Origin: Eledone cirrhosa
Lineage: Eukaryota
Direction: 5' to 3'
Assembly: GCA_964016885.1 (NCBI GenBank)
Contig: OZ024756.1
Location: 32,984,001-33,048,000, forward strand
Length of the DNA: 64,000 bases
The position numbers were made by a program, and so were the translations under genes. Under the pieces are notes generated by a model. The model was not told where the DNA came from and did no database searches. It was given only the letters and a program-made list of their open reading frames with translations. How positions within the stretch are numbered: position 1 is the first letter of the stretch; every line of letters starts with the position of its first letter. Of this stretch, positions 44,021 through 58,082 are shown one piece after another.

Positions 44021-45643
44021 ATGTGTGTGTGTTTATGTTGTGTTTGCGGTGGGGGGTTGATGGGTGTGTATGTGTGCGTGCGAGTGAGTGTGTCTGAGTG
44101 TGTGTTTGTATGTACGTATGTGTGTATATATATATATACCTGCATAGATATTTAAGCCTGTGTCTCGGTTTACGTTTGGGTTGGGTCACCTCACCCTATT
44201 CATCGTAATATTCGGGATTCGTATAAGTAATCCTTTGAATGAGCAATCTAATTTACAAATGCATACGGGTCGAGAGGGTCGAATAAACTATGGTGGTGCT
44301 TTCAACATGTTCGCACTCTAAAGACTGAATCCAATACAGTGTAAAAACAAGAATGAAATATTATCCATGATACTATGTTGAAAAATCGAGTATATTTCTC
44401 ATCAGCCATCCAGAAGCTTTCACCCGTCGCTAGACTTGATAGATCTACCTGCAAATTGTCTGTCAAATATAATATTACTGGTTTTGAAATGAAATAGAAT
44501 ATCATTAGATAATGTACATCGAAATACCTGGACAATTGTCTGAGTAGTTAAAGTGTTAGAAGCAACGCTATGGTATTTTTTCCGACAATAGGCTAAAATT
44601 TTGACAATGTCAAATTAATGGGTTGTATAATTTCGAGATCGATAAATAAAGTACCATTACTGAGACTGAATGGTGAATGGTGAGATTTTTAACGTGTGTT
44701 TAAAACCGACTGTTGTATAGAGGAAAGTGGTGATGCACCAGCCAGGAGTTGTGACCTATAGACAGTTTCAGCAATGGAAAGAATGAAGGATACTTGATTT
44801 TTTTTTTGTCTGATGAGGAAGGTGTGGGTGTAATATCTTCCATCATATGCCTTCTTGAACAGAGTTGAGCTGGAACTGAACAAATATGTTAATGATGAAT
44901 TATACAGAAGAAAATTGCTCTTTGACACTATATTCCTTGGAGGAAGAATCAGCTGAAGAGCTTTAAAAAAGTAGACTGAGTAGGGCTAATCTTGTTTATG
45001 TCCCCCACAACTCATTCGACCGTGCATATAGAACAGAACACAAAGGAAAATAATGCGACAAAAACTATTAAACATTTACGACAATATATATGTTATAATA
45101 ACAAATAGGAAAATCTATTAACAAGCTGTATATTGCGACCAATATTAATATATTGCGATGGTGTTCTCTAGAGGAATCAGTTATGCGTCGCTTTGTAATA
45201 TATTAATTAAATTAAATATGTAGAAAAGTATTGATAGGAGCGTAGGTGGAGTAATATGTTTTTGCTTCAAGATATACTTCACAAAGTTCTGTAGCGTGGA
45301 AACGAATTCATAAATAGACTAATCAATAATTAAATGATAGACCAGTGACCCCTGTAGTATACAATGTAAATATATTCTACCTATGATGTATCCACAAAGG
45401 GTTTCGAATCCCAGCGCTCCAAGATTCAATTAAGTTCATCTCTGATATTGTGGTTGTTATTAAATTTAGCACCAAAATAACCCATAGCGCTCTGGTTAAT
45501 TGATCAAAGACATTGCAGCTGGCAACCTCTCAGACGTGCAATACATCGGGTTTTATTAGACAGTACATTTCATTTTCATTACAGTGAGAGTTGTTCGCGG
45601 TAAATTTAGCTGTTGTGTTTAGCAGCGCAAGCAACAAAGTGCA

Positions 45644-45710
45644 TACGAAGGTCAGTTGAAATGTTCATAGGCTGACTATGAAGGAGTGGTTCTAGGGCTG
45701 TAAAAAGTTC
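45644..45710 (+). mobile_element. Mariner-type MITE end
   Basis: TA-CGAAGGTCAGTTGAAATGTTCATAGGCTGACTATGAAGGAGTG matches the reverse complement of 55350-55419. Confidence 0.65.
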
Positions 45711-47299
45711 ATTCCGGGTGGTCTTGGCTCTTAAATATTTACAGTCACTCTCATATAGACAGTTTTTTTTATATGAAGTGATTTTTATCGAGGGCTTAAC
45801 TTAACCGGAAACATTGATTCGAATGCAGAGGACTATATTGCAACTACGTCATTTATCTAATTTTTGTTAAGGAAATCTATATAGTTCATCTGAGATATGG
45901 CAACAGAAAAGCTATGATACATGAGAATTTCATCTACTTTAGGAGTTCATTTTCTTGATGAAGTTTCACCTTTGCTGTTTCGGTGTAAATAAAACATTAA
46001 TATACTGTTTTTCATTGTTGGTATGAGTAACACAACGTGAGGAAGCATAAACTACATATCTATGTATCCGATCAATCTGTTACACCTAGAGCTTATGTGC
46101 AAAATTTCAATTACTTTATTAAAACTCTAATATTAAAAAAAAATATTGGATATACATTCTTTTTGGGGTCCATGAAAAAACTTCAGATTTCAAGTGCATT
46201 GTTTAAAATAAAATATAAATATATTATTTGGTATCCACTTTCCTGGAGGACCTGAATCACATTAAATATTTCAAGTACTTCGTTAAAAAATAAGCGTATA
46301 CACGTAGTATTGGGAATCTATTCTTTTGTGGGCCGTGAGCTATGTTAGAAAATTCAATTTCTTTAAAAACATGCACTCACTATTGGATGTTCACTCTACT
46401 AGTTAGTCTCTAAACATTTCTCTCATACTATTGTTATTATCACCGTATAAAACTCTGGGAATGAAGTAATTGTAGCGGTGTTTGCATGGAAAGAAGTATT
46501 TAAGTAACCATCCTAGTTGGTAGCGAAAAGGTAAGAACCAATGTGCTAGACATTACCATCTAAGTCACCGTAAAAGAATATAGTCTTAGAGAGGGAATAT
46601 AGAAACGAAAATGATACGATACGCCTAGTCGAAAAATAACATTTTTTATCATGGTTCTGCATGTTCAGTGAAGATCTGGTTTATGCCACAATAATAACAA
46701 CAACTATTGCTAGTGATAACCAATCGTATTTCTTCTTCTTGAGGCAATAAATTATTTCTTACCACCCAAACATCAGTTTTGATGCCGCGTTCAATTAACT
46801 ATAGAGATTTCTGTTAATGTTAAAAAACATAACACGCACAGCCACAAATATCTGTACAAAAAAAAATAATACCAGAAATAAAAACAATATATATACAATA
46901 TTATTAATGTGTTGCTTTGTCAAGAAAGGGGACATTTTATTTTTTCACCATCATTTACAAAAGGTTCTTTGAGATTCATTTCCACTAGCTCCGATGTTGC
47001 TTTTAATGACATTTTCACCTCTACAACCATACATTCAATCAAAGTTATCCTCCTATTCATCAGATCATGTTCAAACTCTGCTCAACCTCAACATCGCCAC
47101 TCTACCGTTTCGCTCGGCTTAATATCTTTTCATACTGCATCCTCGTAAAAGCGGAAAAAAACACACACACACAATTACACACACACATTCACACATACAC
47201 ACACACATACATAAAAGAAAATCAAAATGCAAAAACAAAAAAAATTCATCCATTTCCTGTTAGTTGTATTTGTCGTCTTAATACTAACAATTATAGCAA

Positions 47300-47386
47300 T
47301 AACGGTTTCTAATTTAAGCAAAAGGCCAGTAAATTATAGGCGAGGAGAAAATCGATTAAATCAACCCCAGTATTTGATCCAAGTAC
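47300..47386 (-). mobile_element. Old SINE tail fragment
   Basis: GTTTCTAATTTAAGCAAAAGGCCAGTAAATT..TCGATTAAATCAACCCCAGTA. Confidence 0.55.
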
Positions 47387-47935
47387 CGGTCATTCTCCAA
47401 CAGGTTTGCGGTCGTGCCCTTGGTAGTGGAGACTTATGGTGTCCTTAACCCTAGGGCCACCTCCCTACTCACCACAATAGGCGCTGAGATGGCGAGCCGC
47501 CTGGTGTCAGCCTCGCGAGATGGAATGGCTCTTCCAACGCATCTCCCTTACCATCCTCCGGGGAAATGCCCTTTCCACTCTGTCCGCCGGGACTGTGGAG
47601 AGGCCAGCATGGGGGACCCCATCTGCACACCATACGGAGAGATGGGAAGGATGAGAGAGATGTAGACGATGAGAGTGGGAGTTCGGCTCTTCCACGTTCG
47701 GACCACATCCTTGTGGTTGTGTTCATTAAGCAGCTTCTCTTCCTTTTCTACTAACAGTAATCTGTTTCTTGTCACCTCACTGCATCTCCTATATCGTTTA
47801 TAACGCCGCCTCTCTCTGTATTTTCATACTTGCTCCCTCTCCTTTCCTGTTTCTAAATTATATGTGTATGTTACAGTTATTTTATACTACACTATTCATA
47901 TATGTTTCTGTTACACTATTCATATATATTGCTAA
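47381..47935 (+). mobile_element. CRE-like non-LTR retrotransposon 3' end (endonuclease C-terminus plus probable 3' UTR)
   Basis: KYRSFSNRFAVVPLVVETYGVLNPRATSLLTTIGAEMASR, then frameshift to EMEWLFQRISLTILRGNALST; stop at 47652-47654; GC-rich relative to flanks; 3' limit approximate. Confidence 0.78.
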
Positions 47936-47939
47936 AATA

Positions 47940-48078
47940 GAGTTGGCTGAATCAGTACAACATCGGAAAATATACTTTGCGGTATATAATTATTAAACTT
48001 TACGTTCTGAGTTCAAATCCCGCCGAGGTTAGCTTTGCCTTTCATCCTTATAGGGTCGATAAAATAAACTACCAGTCC
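47940..48078 (+). mobile_element. Older SINE subfamily 5' part
   Basis: TTTACGTTCTGAGTTCAAATCCCGCCGAGGTTAGCTTTGCCTTTCATCC. Confidence 0.8.
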
Positions 48079-48404
48079 AGTTTGGTGAGAAACATTAGAT
48101 GGAACAGACTTGTCACACATTCACACCGAATCTCCAAAAGAGCTACAATAGTTGTAACCATGTCTGTGAATTTCCCAGTACGTTAGTTTCGTGATCAGAC
48201 TCTCCACTTGCTGCTATTCATTTTAATTCACATTGCTGCAGCCCACTATGGCAAAGAAGAAAGCGTTATGTCTCTAATATTGATTGTTATGCTTGGTAAA
48301 CAATGTTACGTTGAATGTACCAGAGGATTGTGTTAATAGTATATACTACACGTGACATTGGAATGTTCACGCACTGACAACGTAATTGTAAGAATACTGA
48401 ACAA

Positions 48405-48999
48405 TTGACCCCAGTGCATTACTGGTATTTTATTTTATCGACCACGTAAGGATGAAAGGCAAAGTTAACCTCGGCGGTATTTGAACTCACATCATAGAGG
48501 ACCGTAACTCTATGCTACAAAGCATGGCATCCGACCCTCTACCGATGAAAGCTAACCTCGGCGGGATTTGAACTCACATCATAGAGGACCGTAACTCTAT
48601 GCTACAAAGCATGGCACCCGACCCTCTACCGATGAAAGTTAACCTCGGCGGTATTTGAACTCACATCATAGAGGACCGTACCTCTATGCTACAAAGCATG
48701 GAATCCGACCCTCTACCGATGAAAGCTAACCTCGGCGGTATTTGAACTCACATCATAGAGGACCGTACCTCTATGCTACAAAGCATGGCATCCGACCCTC
48801 TACCGATGAAAGCTAACCTCGGCGGTATTTGAACTCACATCATAGAGGACCGTAACTCTGTGCTACAAAGCATGGCATCCAACCCTCTACCGATGAAAGG
48901 CAACCTCGACGAGATTTGAACTCAGATAATAGAGGGCCGTAACTCTATGCTGCAAAGCATGGCGTCCGACCCTCTACCGATACTGCTAATCCGCTGCCC
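48405..48999 (-). mobile_element. SINE with head amplified as 6 x 87-bp tandem array
   Basis: ACCGAT recurs at 48541, 48628, 48715, 48802, 48889 and 48976 (period 87). Confidence 0.92.
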
Positions 49000-49015
49000 T
49001 AACACATGTCATAAT

Positions 49016-49203
49016 AATTGTTTCTACTTTAGGCACAATGCCAACAATTACCGACTACATTACTGGTACTTTATTTTATCGACACGGTAAGGATGAAAGG
49101 CAAAGTTAACCTCGACGGGATTTGAACTCAAACCGTAAAGGGACGTAACTATGATGGAAAGCATGGTGTCCAACCCTCTACCGATATTGACAATCCGCTG
49201 CCC
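49016..49203 (-). mobile_element. Full-length SINE stacked next to the array
   Basis: Flanked by AACACATRTCATAATAAT on both sides. Confidence 0.9.
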
Positions 49204-49858
49204 TAACACATATCATAATAATAAAAAAACATTATGTATTATTTTTTTTTTTCCTGGAACAACAACAAAAACTAAACATGTTAACACAGAAAAAACAGGG
49301 ATGTTTATTATAAATGACCAATGACGATTCTGGTGAAACTATTCTCACACAGCTCATCATTCACTGCTTTATCATATATGGTTTCCTTTTATTATTTTTT
49401 CTTTTACTCTCAATCATTCATTCCATCTTCATTGTTGTGTTTTTAATTTATTTTGCTAATTTATGTTAATTACTCAAAACCACCCTCATCCTCACATTTT
49501 ATTTTTATATTTTGATCTATGGCAAACTTTAATTATTTTATTCACGTGGTTTGCTTTTTTTTATATATTTTGCTCTCGTTTTTTTTATTTATTTACATCA
49601 CATTTTTTTTAGATTTATTTAATTTTCTTTTATTGGATACCCCGTGGAGTAGTTGGTAAAGTATGGTATTCAAGTTCATAAGCTCATGGATTCACATCTT
49701 TGACAGAGTAGAGCGCATTGTTCTTATACAATATCCTTTATCCCACATTTCCCCTTCTGAATAATGACAGATAGTATCGATAATCCAAATGCCAATGGAA
49801 TCGGTGTCTCCTCGGTCCGATACGATCATCGGAATTGTATCTTTATAACATTTCCTTA

Positions 49859-49914
<56 letters not shown>

Positions 49915-50067
49915 TATACACACACAGACACACACACACACATATATATACATATTTTATAAAACGTATAAATCAACGACCACACAGCATTCCCTATATA
50001 TATGTACATGTATATACATATATGTACGTATATATATATATATATATGTTATATATGTATGTATATA

Positions 50068-50156
<89 letters not shown>

Positions 50157-50556
50157 TATATATATATGTGGGGGGGGGAGTATATGTGTGTATATAACAT
50201 ATACATACATATATATATATATATCATTCCTTTGTTTTGCTAGTATTTTCTCGCAATTGAAATGCAGAGACAGTTCTGAAAGTTGATTATAACGTAATTT
50301 TCTTGGAAACTAATACCATTCAAAACAGTTCAGATTCCTCAATAGTTCTAGTATTGATTGATTTGGAATTTTTTTGTTTTCTTGAAGATATATTTTTTTT
50401 AGATCATTATTTACTGTTTCAGAACTAAATAAAATTTAACAAAATAAATGTCTTGAAATAAATGCAACCATGTAATATATAAAACTACAGAATATACCAT
50501 CATTCCAGATGAGAAAGAATACATGCACACAAACAGACTCATAGATATATATAATA

Positions 50557-50592
<36 letters not shown>

Positions 50593-50611
50593 AATATATA
50601 TATGTATACAT

Positions 50612-50682
<71 letters not shown>

Positions 50683-51494
50683 TACACACATATGTTTGTA
50701 TATATATATATATATGTGTGTGTGTGTGCGTGTGTATTCAAAATAATACACACCCACCTATCCACACAAATGTGTGACGTCAACGTTTGACAAAAAGAAA
50801 GCGTTTTTATTTTGTTAACAGCTAGTTTGATTTTTCTGCGACACACTACTGTAAACAGTAAATCACGACTCTTCAAGAATTTTATAATAAAACCTAAAAC
50901 AAACATATACAGAATAAAAAATCAAATTAAAATCGAATGTAAAGGAATTTTGTTTCGATTTTTTTTCTTATTCTCTTCAGGAATGTCTCTCGTGTTTTTT
51001 TATTTATTTGATATTTATTTATTTCAATAGTTTTATGTCATTGCCTATTTTTTTTAATTCATATTATTTTTCAGCTCTCGTCGTTTAATTTTCTCTTTCA
51101 TGTATCTCTTCCCTTCATTCTCACTACCACCACCACCACCACCACCACCACTACCACCACCACCACCACTACCATCATCACAACCACGTTATCATCATCA
51201 TCGTCGTCGTCAAACTCATCGTCTCATCATCATCATCATCATCATCATATTCTCCCATTATGTCGCGTTGAATTCAGAACAGACCAAGATTGTGGTACAC
51301 GTCTTAATGCAACCGTGTATACCCTACTTGTTATTTAAACGAGAAAATTGTTTGGTAATCTGTTGCCCTCTTAAAGAGACAGATGGCTATGCCATTCCAT
51401 AGTATGTCTATGACTACGAATAGTGTACCGTACACGCGAGAAGTAAGAGCCAACAATGTCGTACGTACTACTGTCCATTATTTCGACGTTAATG

Positions 51495-51674
51495 GTGGAT
51501 TAGCAGTATCGGTAGAGGGTCGGACGCCATGCTTTCCAGCATAGTTACGTCCCTTTACGATCTGAGTTCAAATCCCGCCGAGGTTGACTTTGCCTTTCAT
51601 CCTTACGGGGTCGATAAAATAAAGTACCAGTAATGCACTGGGCAATTGCTGTTCTTGTGCCTAAAGTAGAAACA
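51495..51674 (+). mobile_element. SINE with 20-bp TSD
   Basis: ATTATTTCGACGTTAATGGT at 51477 and 51675. Confidence 0.92.
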
Positions 51675-51699
51675 ATTATTTCGACGTTAATGGTTAAAT

Positions 51700-51893
51700 A
51701 ATTGTTTCTATTTTTGGCACAAGGCCAGCAATTGTCCCAGTGCATTACTGGTACTTTACTTTATCGACTCCTTCAGGATGAAAGGCAAAGTTAAGCTCGG
51801 CAGGTTTAACTTTGCCTTTCATCCTTAAGGAGTCGATAAAATAAAGTACAAGTAATGCACTGGGATAATTGCTGGCCTTGTGCCAAAAATAGA
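51700..51893. mobile_element. Inverted (head-to-head) dimer of SINE 3' halves
   Basis: ~88-bp arms 51707-51794 / 51806-51893 with 11-nt spacer. Confidence 0.9.
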
Positions 51894-52096
51894 TGGCTCA
51901 ATAATGTATGTTTGTATGTATGAATATTCTCGTAATTCCTGATAGAGTCTAAGGGGCGCCTTATTGCGGTATTTACATACGGCGTTTCTTGAGCATTTTA
52001 CGCCTGGCGGAGTCCATCCTTCTCCAGGTCTGAGTACAATATATTAGTTCCAGAGAAAGATTGAAGGAGAAATAGAGTAAATAAGAAAGAGATATA

Positions 52097-52262
52097 GGGG
52101 GAAAATCGACTCCAGTACTAGACTGGTACCTTTTTTATCGGCCTCGAAAGGATTAAAGGCAAAGTTGACCTCGGAGAGATTTGAACTCAGAAAGCAGAGA
52201 ACCAGAACGAATACCATAAAACATTCTATCCGACGTTCTGACGATTTTGCTAAATCACCACC
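52097..52262 (-). mobile_element. Older SINE subfamily copy
   Basis: AAAGGCAAAGTTGACCTCGG..ATTTGAACTCAGAA..TCCGACG..ACGATTTTGC. Confidence 0.75.
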
Positions 52263-53131
52263 TATGTATAAATAAGAAAACATAAGTCAGGCAAGAATCT
52301 AAATCGTACTATATAAACATAATACAATCTGCCTTAAATACATTATTATTTTAATATAGAGATGTTGTATTGGCTAATTTTATTTGCTATTCTTTTGTTT
52401 TTACTTTTAAATATTGCTCAAACTTTTTTAAGTCGAGAAAAATAAGTTCCCCGTTATGACTGATCAAACAAGCAATTAGGATCCGACATTATGCGAAAAG
52501 TTTATTGCACACATTGATATATATATATATATATATATAGATATATATATATTGAAAGAGAAATATATATATATGAGGATAATGTTGGGTGTGATTATAA
52601 TAATAAATAACATATACATCTAAAACGAATTAATGAATTAGCGATGATTAGAGAAGGTCGTACTATGTTTCAATATAATTTTATAAGGCGGATTATAGGA
52701 AATTGTGGAGTATCTTCCTTCATTTCTTGCAATTTACTTTTGAAATTGTAAGTTTTTGGAATATTTATATAAAATACAGCCGAACGTTATACCTGATAGC
52801 CACTATAGATATTATGTTTTTTTCTTTGATATATTTTACATATTTTCGACATTTTTCAAATCCTTTTATTTATCTTGTTTGTTAATATATCTTTATTCTA
52901 CTTAAATACTTCTAGTTTCTAATTTTGTTGTTTCTTTTGTGATTTTATTTTTCGTTTTCCGTCTGGTGTATCTTCTTCTTCTATATGTTTTCATCAGTCT
53001 TCTCTATATTTATGTATAATTCTATCTCTTACCTTGTATTTTGTCATCTTAAAACAGCGAATATCTATTGCTATATTATGTCTGCTGTGTAATTTTCTTC
53101 AGTTTCTTCATCATCTTGAAATTTCTACACA

Positions 53132-53317
53132 GAAATGACAGACCTATTATAGTGCCAGATTTGCTGTATTAATATCGCTCTCTATTTTCTAAATTCAAAC
53201 CTCCCAAGATCATGTCGGTCTTTTCTGTTTCTGGCATCGATGAGCAATGCACTACGCGTTAGATGTTTAATAACAAAAGTTAATTCCCGTCATCCATTTC
53301 GGTTTATTGTCCTCTAA
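53132..53317 (+). repeat. ~186-bp direct repeat, copy 1 (copy 2 at 58436-58623)
   Basis: GAAATGACAGACCTATTATAGTGCCAGATTTGCTG...TCCTCTAA colinear in both. Confidence 0.9.
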
Positions 53318-53327
53318 CACACTTATA

Positions 53328-54553
53328 TCTACATATATATATATATATATATATAAAAACAGAGGATGTATGTCTGTGTGTGTGTGTGTGTGTGTGTCTG
53401 TATAACTCCCTAAATTTCAAGACGTACCCGACCGATTCTTTTCAAACTTTACTCATGCGTTACTTAAATTTCTTCAAGTGCAATGAATTAAAACAATTTT
53501 AACTTTTTCTGCTCTAGGACTCGCATTATTTAAAAAACGCAGCTTTTTAGCATTTTAGGCATTTTTAGGCTGCTTTAGGCTGTTTTGAGGCGTAATTTAA
53601 AAATAATCCAGCCGATTTCCTCGAAATTTGCAGCACATATTAGTTAGTCCCCTCGGATTGCTGTGAAGAAAGGAATATCCTACTCCATTAATAGTTTCTA
53701 GGATATTTACGAATTAGCATTGGCCATGACATGCCATTTTCATTTTCAATATAAACGCTACTTAAACATCGTAAGTAGCGTATAATACCTCGTTAAAAAT
53801 TTGGTTTATTTAACAGAGAACACAACGTCATTTTCAGGGAATTGAGAAAATGAGGAGGACCTTAAAATGTTTTTGGCGCCCTGTTGACGCTTCCTACTTA
53901 CATCACGCGCAAATCCGGGCCCTGTGTATGTTGCCTTGTTATTGGCACCTTAAAACTCACGTCTGTGCTACAAAGACCCCTTTTGTCGCACCTAAACCGC
54001 AGTAGGAACGCCCTGCGCAAGTACGCCGAACAGCGGTTGTGCTAATTCAGCAGTGACCCCTTTTGTCGCACATGTGTTGCTGTGTAAACGCAGTGCCGCC
54101 CGACGTTTGTGCTAATTGCACTGTGACCCCTGTGCTGCAGCTGCGTTGCCACGCTGATTCCGTCATCTCAATATCCTTACTTAAACGTACATCCCTTCTT
54201 GGTTTTCACACAATTGACTACGTTCCCCATCCGTGACGTAATTCGTGAACAGACTTACGACATATATCGGCCCACAACAGTTACTTACTACTTTCGCATA
54301 CAGCATTTCCGCAATCAGCCTACTGACACAGGTATCCCTGCTCGAAATCAATCCCCCACTCATTTAGATTGTGCACATGCATGCAGATGTTTCACTATTC
54401 GGGTCTGCTGGTATTCTACGTTTCCGGTAGCTGAACAATCATTCCCTGAGAATAAGGGAATTCAAAAATACACAGCTTGATTCCTTAATCTTTGCATATG
54501 CGTGCTGCTATTTCTCGTTTCCTACCCCGTGCAACGCCGAGTCCTTCTGCTAG
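53328..54553 (+). mobile_element. Non-autonomous Helitron (~1.2 kb)
   Basis: A|TC..ATATATAAAA start with internal (GT)n; 3' imperfect GC hairpin CCCGTGCAACGCCGAG ~8 nt before terminal CTAG|T; no TSD. Confidence 0.75.
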
Positions 54554-55020
54554 TATATATATATGCAAAAGTACATATCTATATATAAATACAGACATAC
54601 ATATATATATAACAGTGTGTATATACACGTTTATATATCTACATATATGGACATATATATGTCTCTATATATAAGCGTGTGTGAGTGGGTGTCTGCCTGT
54701 AACACTTTAAATATTACATACAATCATACTGTCCACATTTATAGAATATGTTTCCTGTTTCATTCATGATGCTACAATAATAACTTCACATTCCAATCAC
54801 AATTTCCTGGAATCTGGCCCAATAGTTGTTCCAGGAAATAACTCTCACTCTAAAAGTGTTCATCCATTTAAACATCTATGTCATTTTTACCTATATAGTG
54901 AAAATTTAAGCGTTTACATCATAGAAATATTTTATTAAAATATCACGTTTTCGTATAATCATTTCCATGTGTCAGTAATTAGCATAACATTAATTTATCA
55001 AATGATCAAATGCATTATAT

Positions 55021-55089
55021 TCGGAAAAAACTGTTCGTGAACCGATTTGTTCGAGTTGAGAAGGGTTCGTGAACTGAGGTTCAACAGTT
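55021..55089 (+). mobile_element. Possible pogo/Tigger-like transposon end
   Basis: Repeated GTTCG units ending GTTCGTGAACTGAGGTTCAACAG. Confidence 0.35.
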
Positions 55090-55221
<132 letters not shown>

Positions 55222-55227
55222 TAAACG

Positions 55228-55550
<323 letters not shown>

Positions 55551-55746
55551 GATAAGAAAATGAGAAAATGTTGTAGATGTTAAAATCCTTTATTGATAAG
55601 ACTGTGATAAATATATATGTTTTGAATTAAGATTGAATTATTTATCCCGTATCTTACGTTAAAGATGTTTCATCTTGATGTTATAGTCACTTATATGTCT
55701 GAATTATTGTCGGCTTTTTGCTTACATTAATTTCTCTATTTTCATT

Positions 55747-55961
<215 letters not shown>

Positions 55962-56071
55962 AATTAGTATATCTACCAACATAATTATACAGATGCATAC
56001 CTATGCAAGCAAATATATAGGTTTTGTATTAGTAACTTTGTGGTTCAATGCAAAGGGATGCAGAACAATTA

Positions 56072-56207
56072 TATGAAATACGTAAAATAATAAAATTATA
56101 GAAATTAACTTACTAAAATTTCAGTCCCTTTCAGAAACTAATTAGTTGGAGTGAAATTTTAGTAAGTAAGTTAATTTTTATAATTTTATTATTTTACGTC
56201 TTTCATA
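56072..56207. repeat. ~52-bp imperfect inverted repeat
   Basis: 56072-56123 vs 56152-56207. Confidence 0.85.
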
Positions 56208-56264
56208 AATATATATCTTTCTCACGTCGTGTAGACGCGTTCTTGAAGCTAGTAAAATGAGGTA

Positions 56265-56354
56265 TCCTCTTGATAAGTCGGCAGACCTCGCAAGGACTCT
56301 ATATCTTTATGATGTATTGTTTTTGTTTATGCCACGAAACTACATAGTCGAGGA
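56265..56354 (+). ncRNA. Mutated hammerhead ribozyme relic
   Basis: TCCTC-TTGATAA(CTGATGA with 2 changes)-GTCGGCA..TGCCAC-GAA-ACTA CA TAGT-C(GUC)-GAGGA. Confidence 0.6.
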
Positions 56355-56420
56355 ATCTAGGAGCAGTTTAGGTATGATACATTTTATTACTAATTATATC
56401 TAAATATTTCTTCTCTCTTC

Positions 56421-56500
<80 letters not shown>

Positions 56501-56954
56501 GGTATTCAATTCTTAGACAGCAAAAATTAAATATATTCTTTGCAGTACGAGTCATCAACTATTAATATAATAATGCAATCCATATTGAATCCCTCATAGA
56601 ATGACACTAGTACAGTGGTTTATGTTTCATTGGGAGTTACTCAAATGACAATACATGAAATAGCATACAAGTGGATTATATATTAGCTCGATATTCATAA
56701 TAGCTACAATGAGACAATATATCAGATAAGTTTTTTCCTCTTCTATTCACTATCTATTTTCCTCTTTACACAACAATCACTCATTCCTCGTAATACTTCT
56801 CATTATTCTTATTCTTATTCTTCTCATTCTTCGCCTTATCATTTGCCCTTCCCATTTTTATCTTATTCTTTACCAAATAATACGTGATTGAAACTGTCAT
56901 TCATTGAAAGAAACATAGTATGTTAAATATTACTATCGATCATTCATAAAATGT

Positions 56955-57003
<49 letters not shown>

Positions 57004-57092
57004 TTTATATCACAATAATAACAATAATAATAATAAATTGAATAGGAATATCTATTTATCTATATCTATATCTTTCAATAATTCTCTCTTTC

Positions 57093-57211
<119 letters not shown>

Positions 57212-57253
57212 CTCTCCCTCGCTCTCTCTCAAATGTATACATATATATATATT

Positions 57254-57311
<58 letters not shown>

Positions 57312-57340
57312 AAAGAATAGAGGTGTAACACACAAGTTAT

Positions 57341-57404
57341 TATATATTGGTAAACGGAATAGAAAATGCTGACATCACACTGTCAGCATTTTCTATTCCG
57401 TTTA

Positions 57405-57414
<10 letters not shown>
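57341..57414. repeat. Perfect 34-bp hairpin between (TA)n tracts
   Basis: TATATATTGGTAAACGGAATAGAAAATGCTGACA-TCACAC-reverse complement. Confidence 0.92.
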
Positions 57415-57461
<47 letters not shown>

Positions 57462-57478
57462 GTATATATGTATATATA

Positions 57479-57527
<49 letters not shown>

Positions 57528-57839
57528 ATGTGGGTATGTGTGTGTTTATGACTGTATTCTTTTGTATATATATATGCGGTCATATATAGGCTTATATATA
57601 TATATATATATATATATACTTCTGTTTCCCCCTTCTTTAACTCACCGTTTTCTCGTCTATTATATCTATATTTCTAACAATATATTTCCCAATGATATAT
57701 TACAAAACTTCAGTTGTCAGCTTTATTTTTGAAATGCTTGGAGAAAAATTATTATAGATGAAAACGTACACAGATATATATATACACACGTAGCTACAAA
57801 AGCATACATATGTACATACATTTCTAAACACATAAATGC

Positions 57840-57871
<32 letters not shown>

Positions 57872-58008
57872 ATGTGTATGTGAGTGTGTGTGTGTGTGTG
57901 TGTGTGAGTGCCTGTAGTTCTATGTGTGCCTGTGTGAGTAAATAAATCCGCCAATCTTCCTCTCTGCGTGAGTGTCTTCTATTTTAATCTTGAACAGAAA
58001 TATATGAT

Positions 58009-58046
<38 letters not shown>

Positions 58047-58049
58047 CAT

Positions 58050-58082
<33 letters not shown>

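Noticed and set aside
44689-44970. CTGATGAG/CTGAAGAG motifs and a 79-aa ORF
   Set aside because: No helix II plus GAAA arrangement; peptide not recognisable
48460-48981. CRISPR-like array
   Set aside because: Contiguous SINE-derived units without unique spacers; eukaryotic context
50945-50985. Minus-strand CTGAAGAG...CGAAAC
   Set aside because: Intervening A-rich sequence cannot form helix II
51100-51402. Proline/histidine-rich ORF
   Set aside because: Product of (CCA)n and (ATC)n repeats
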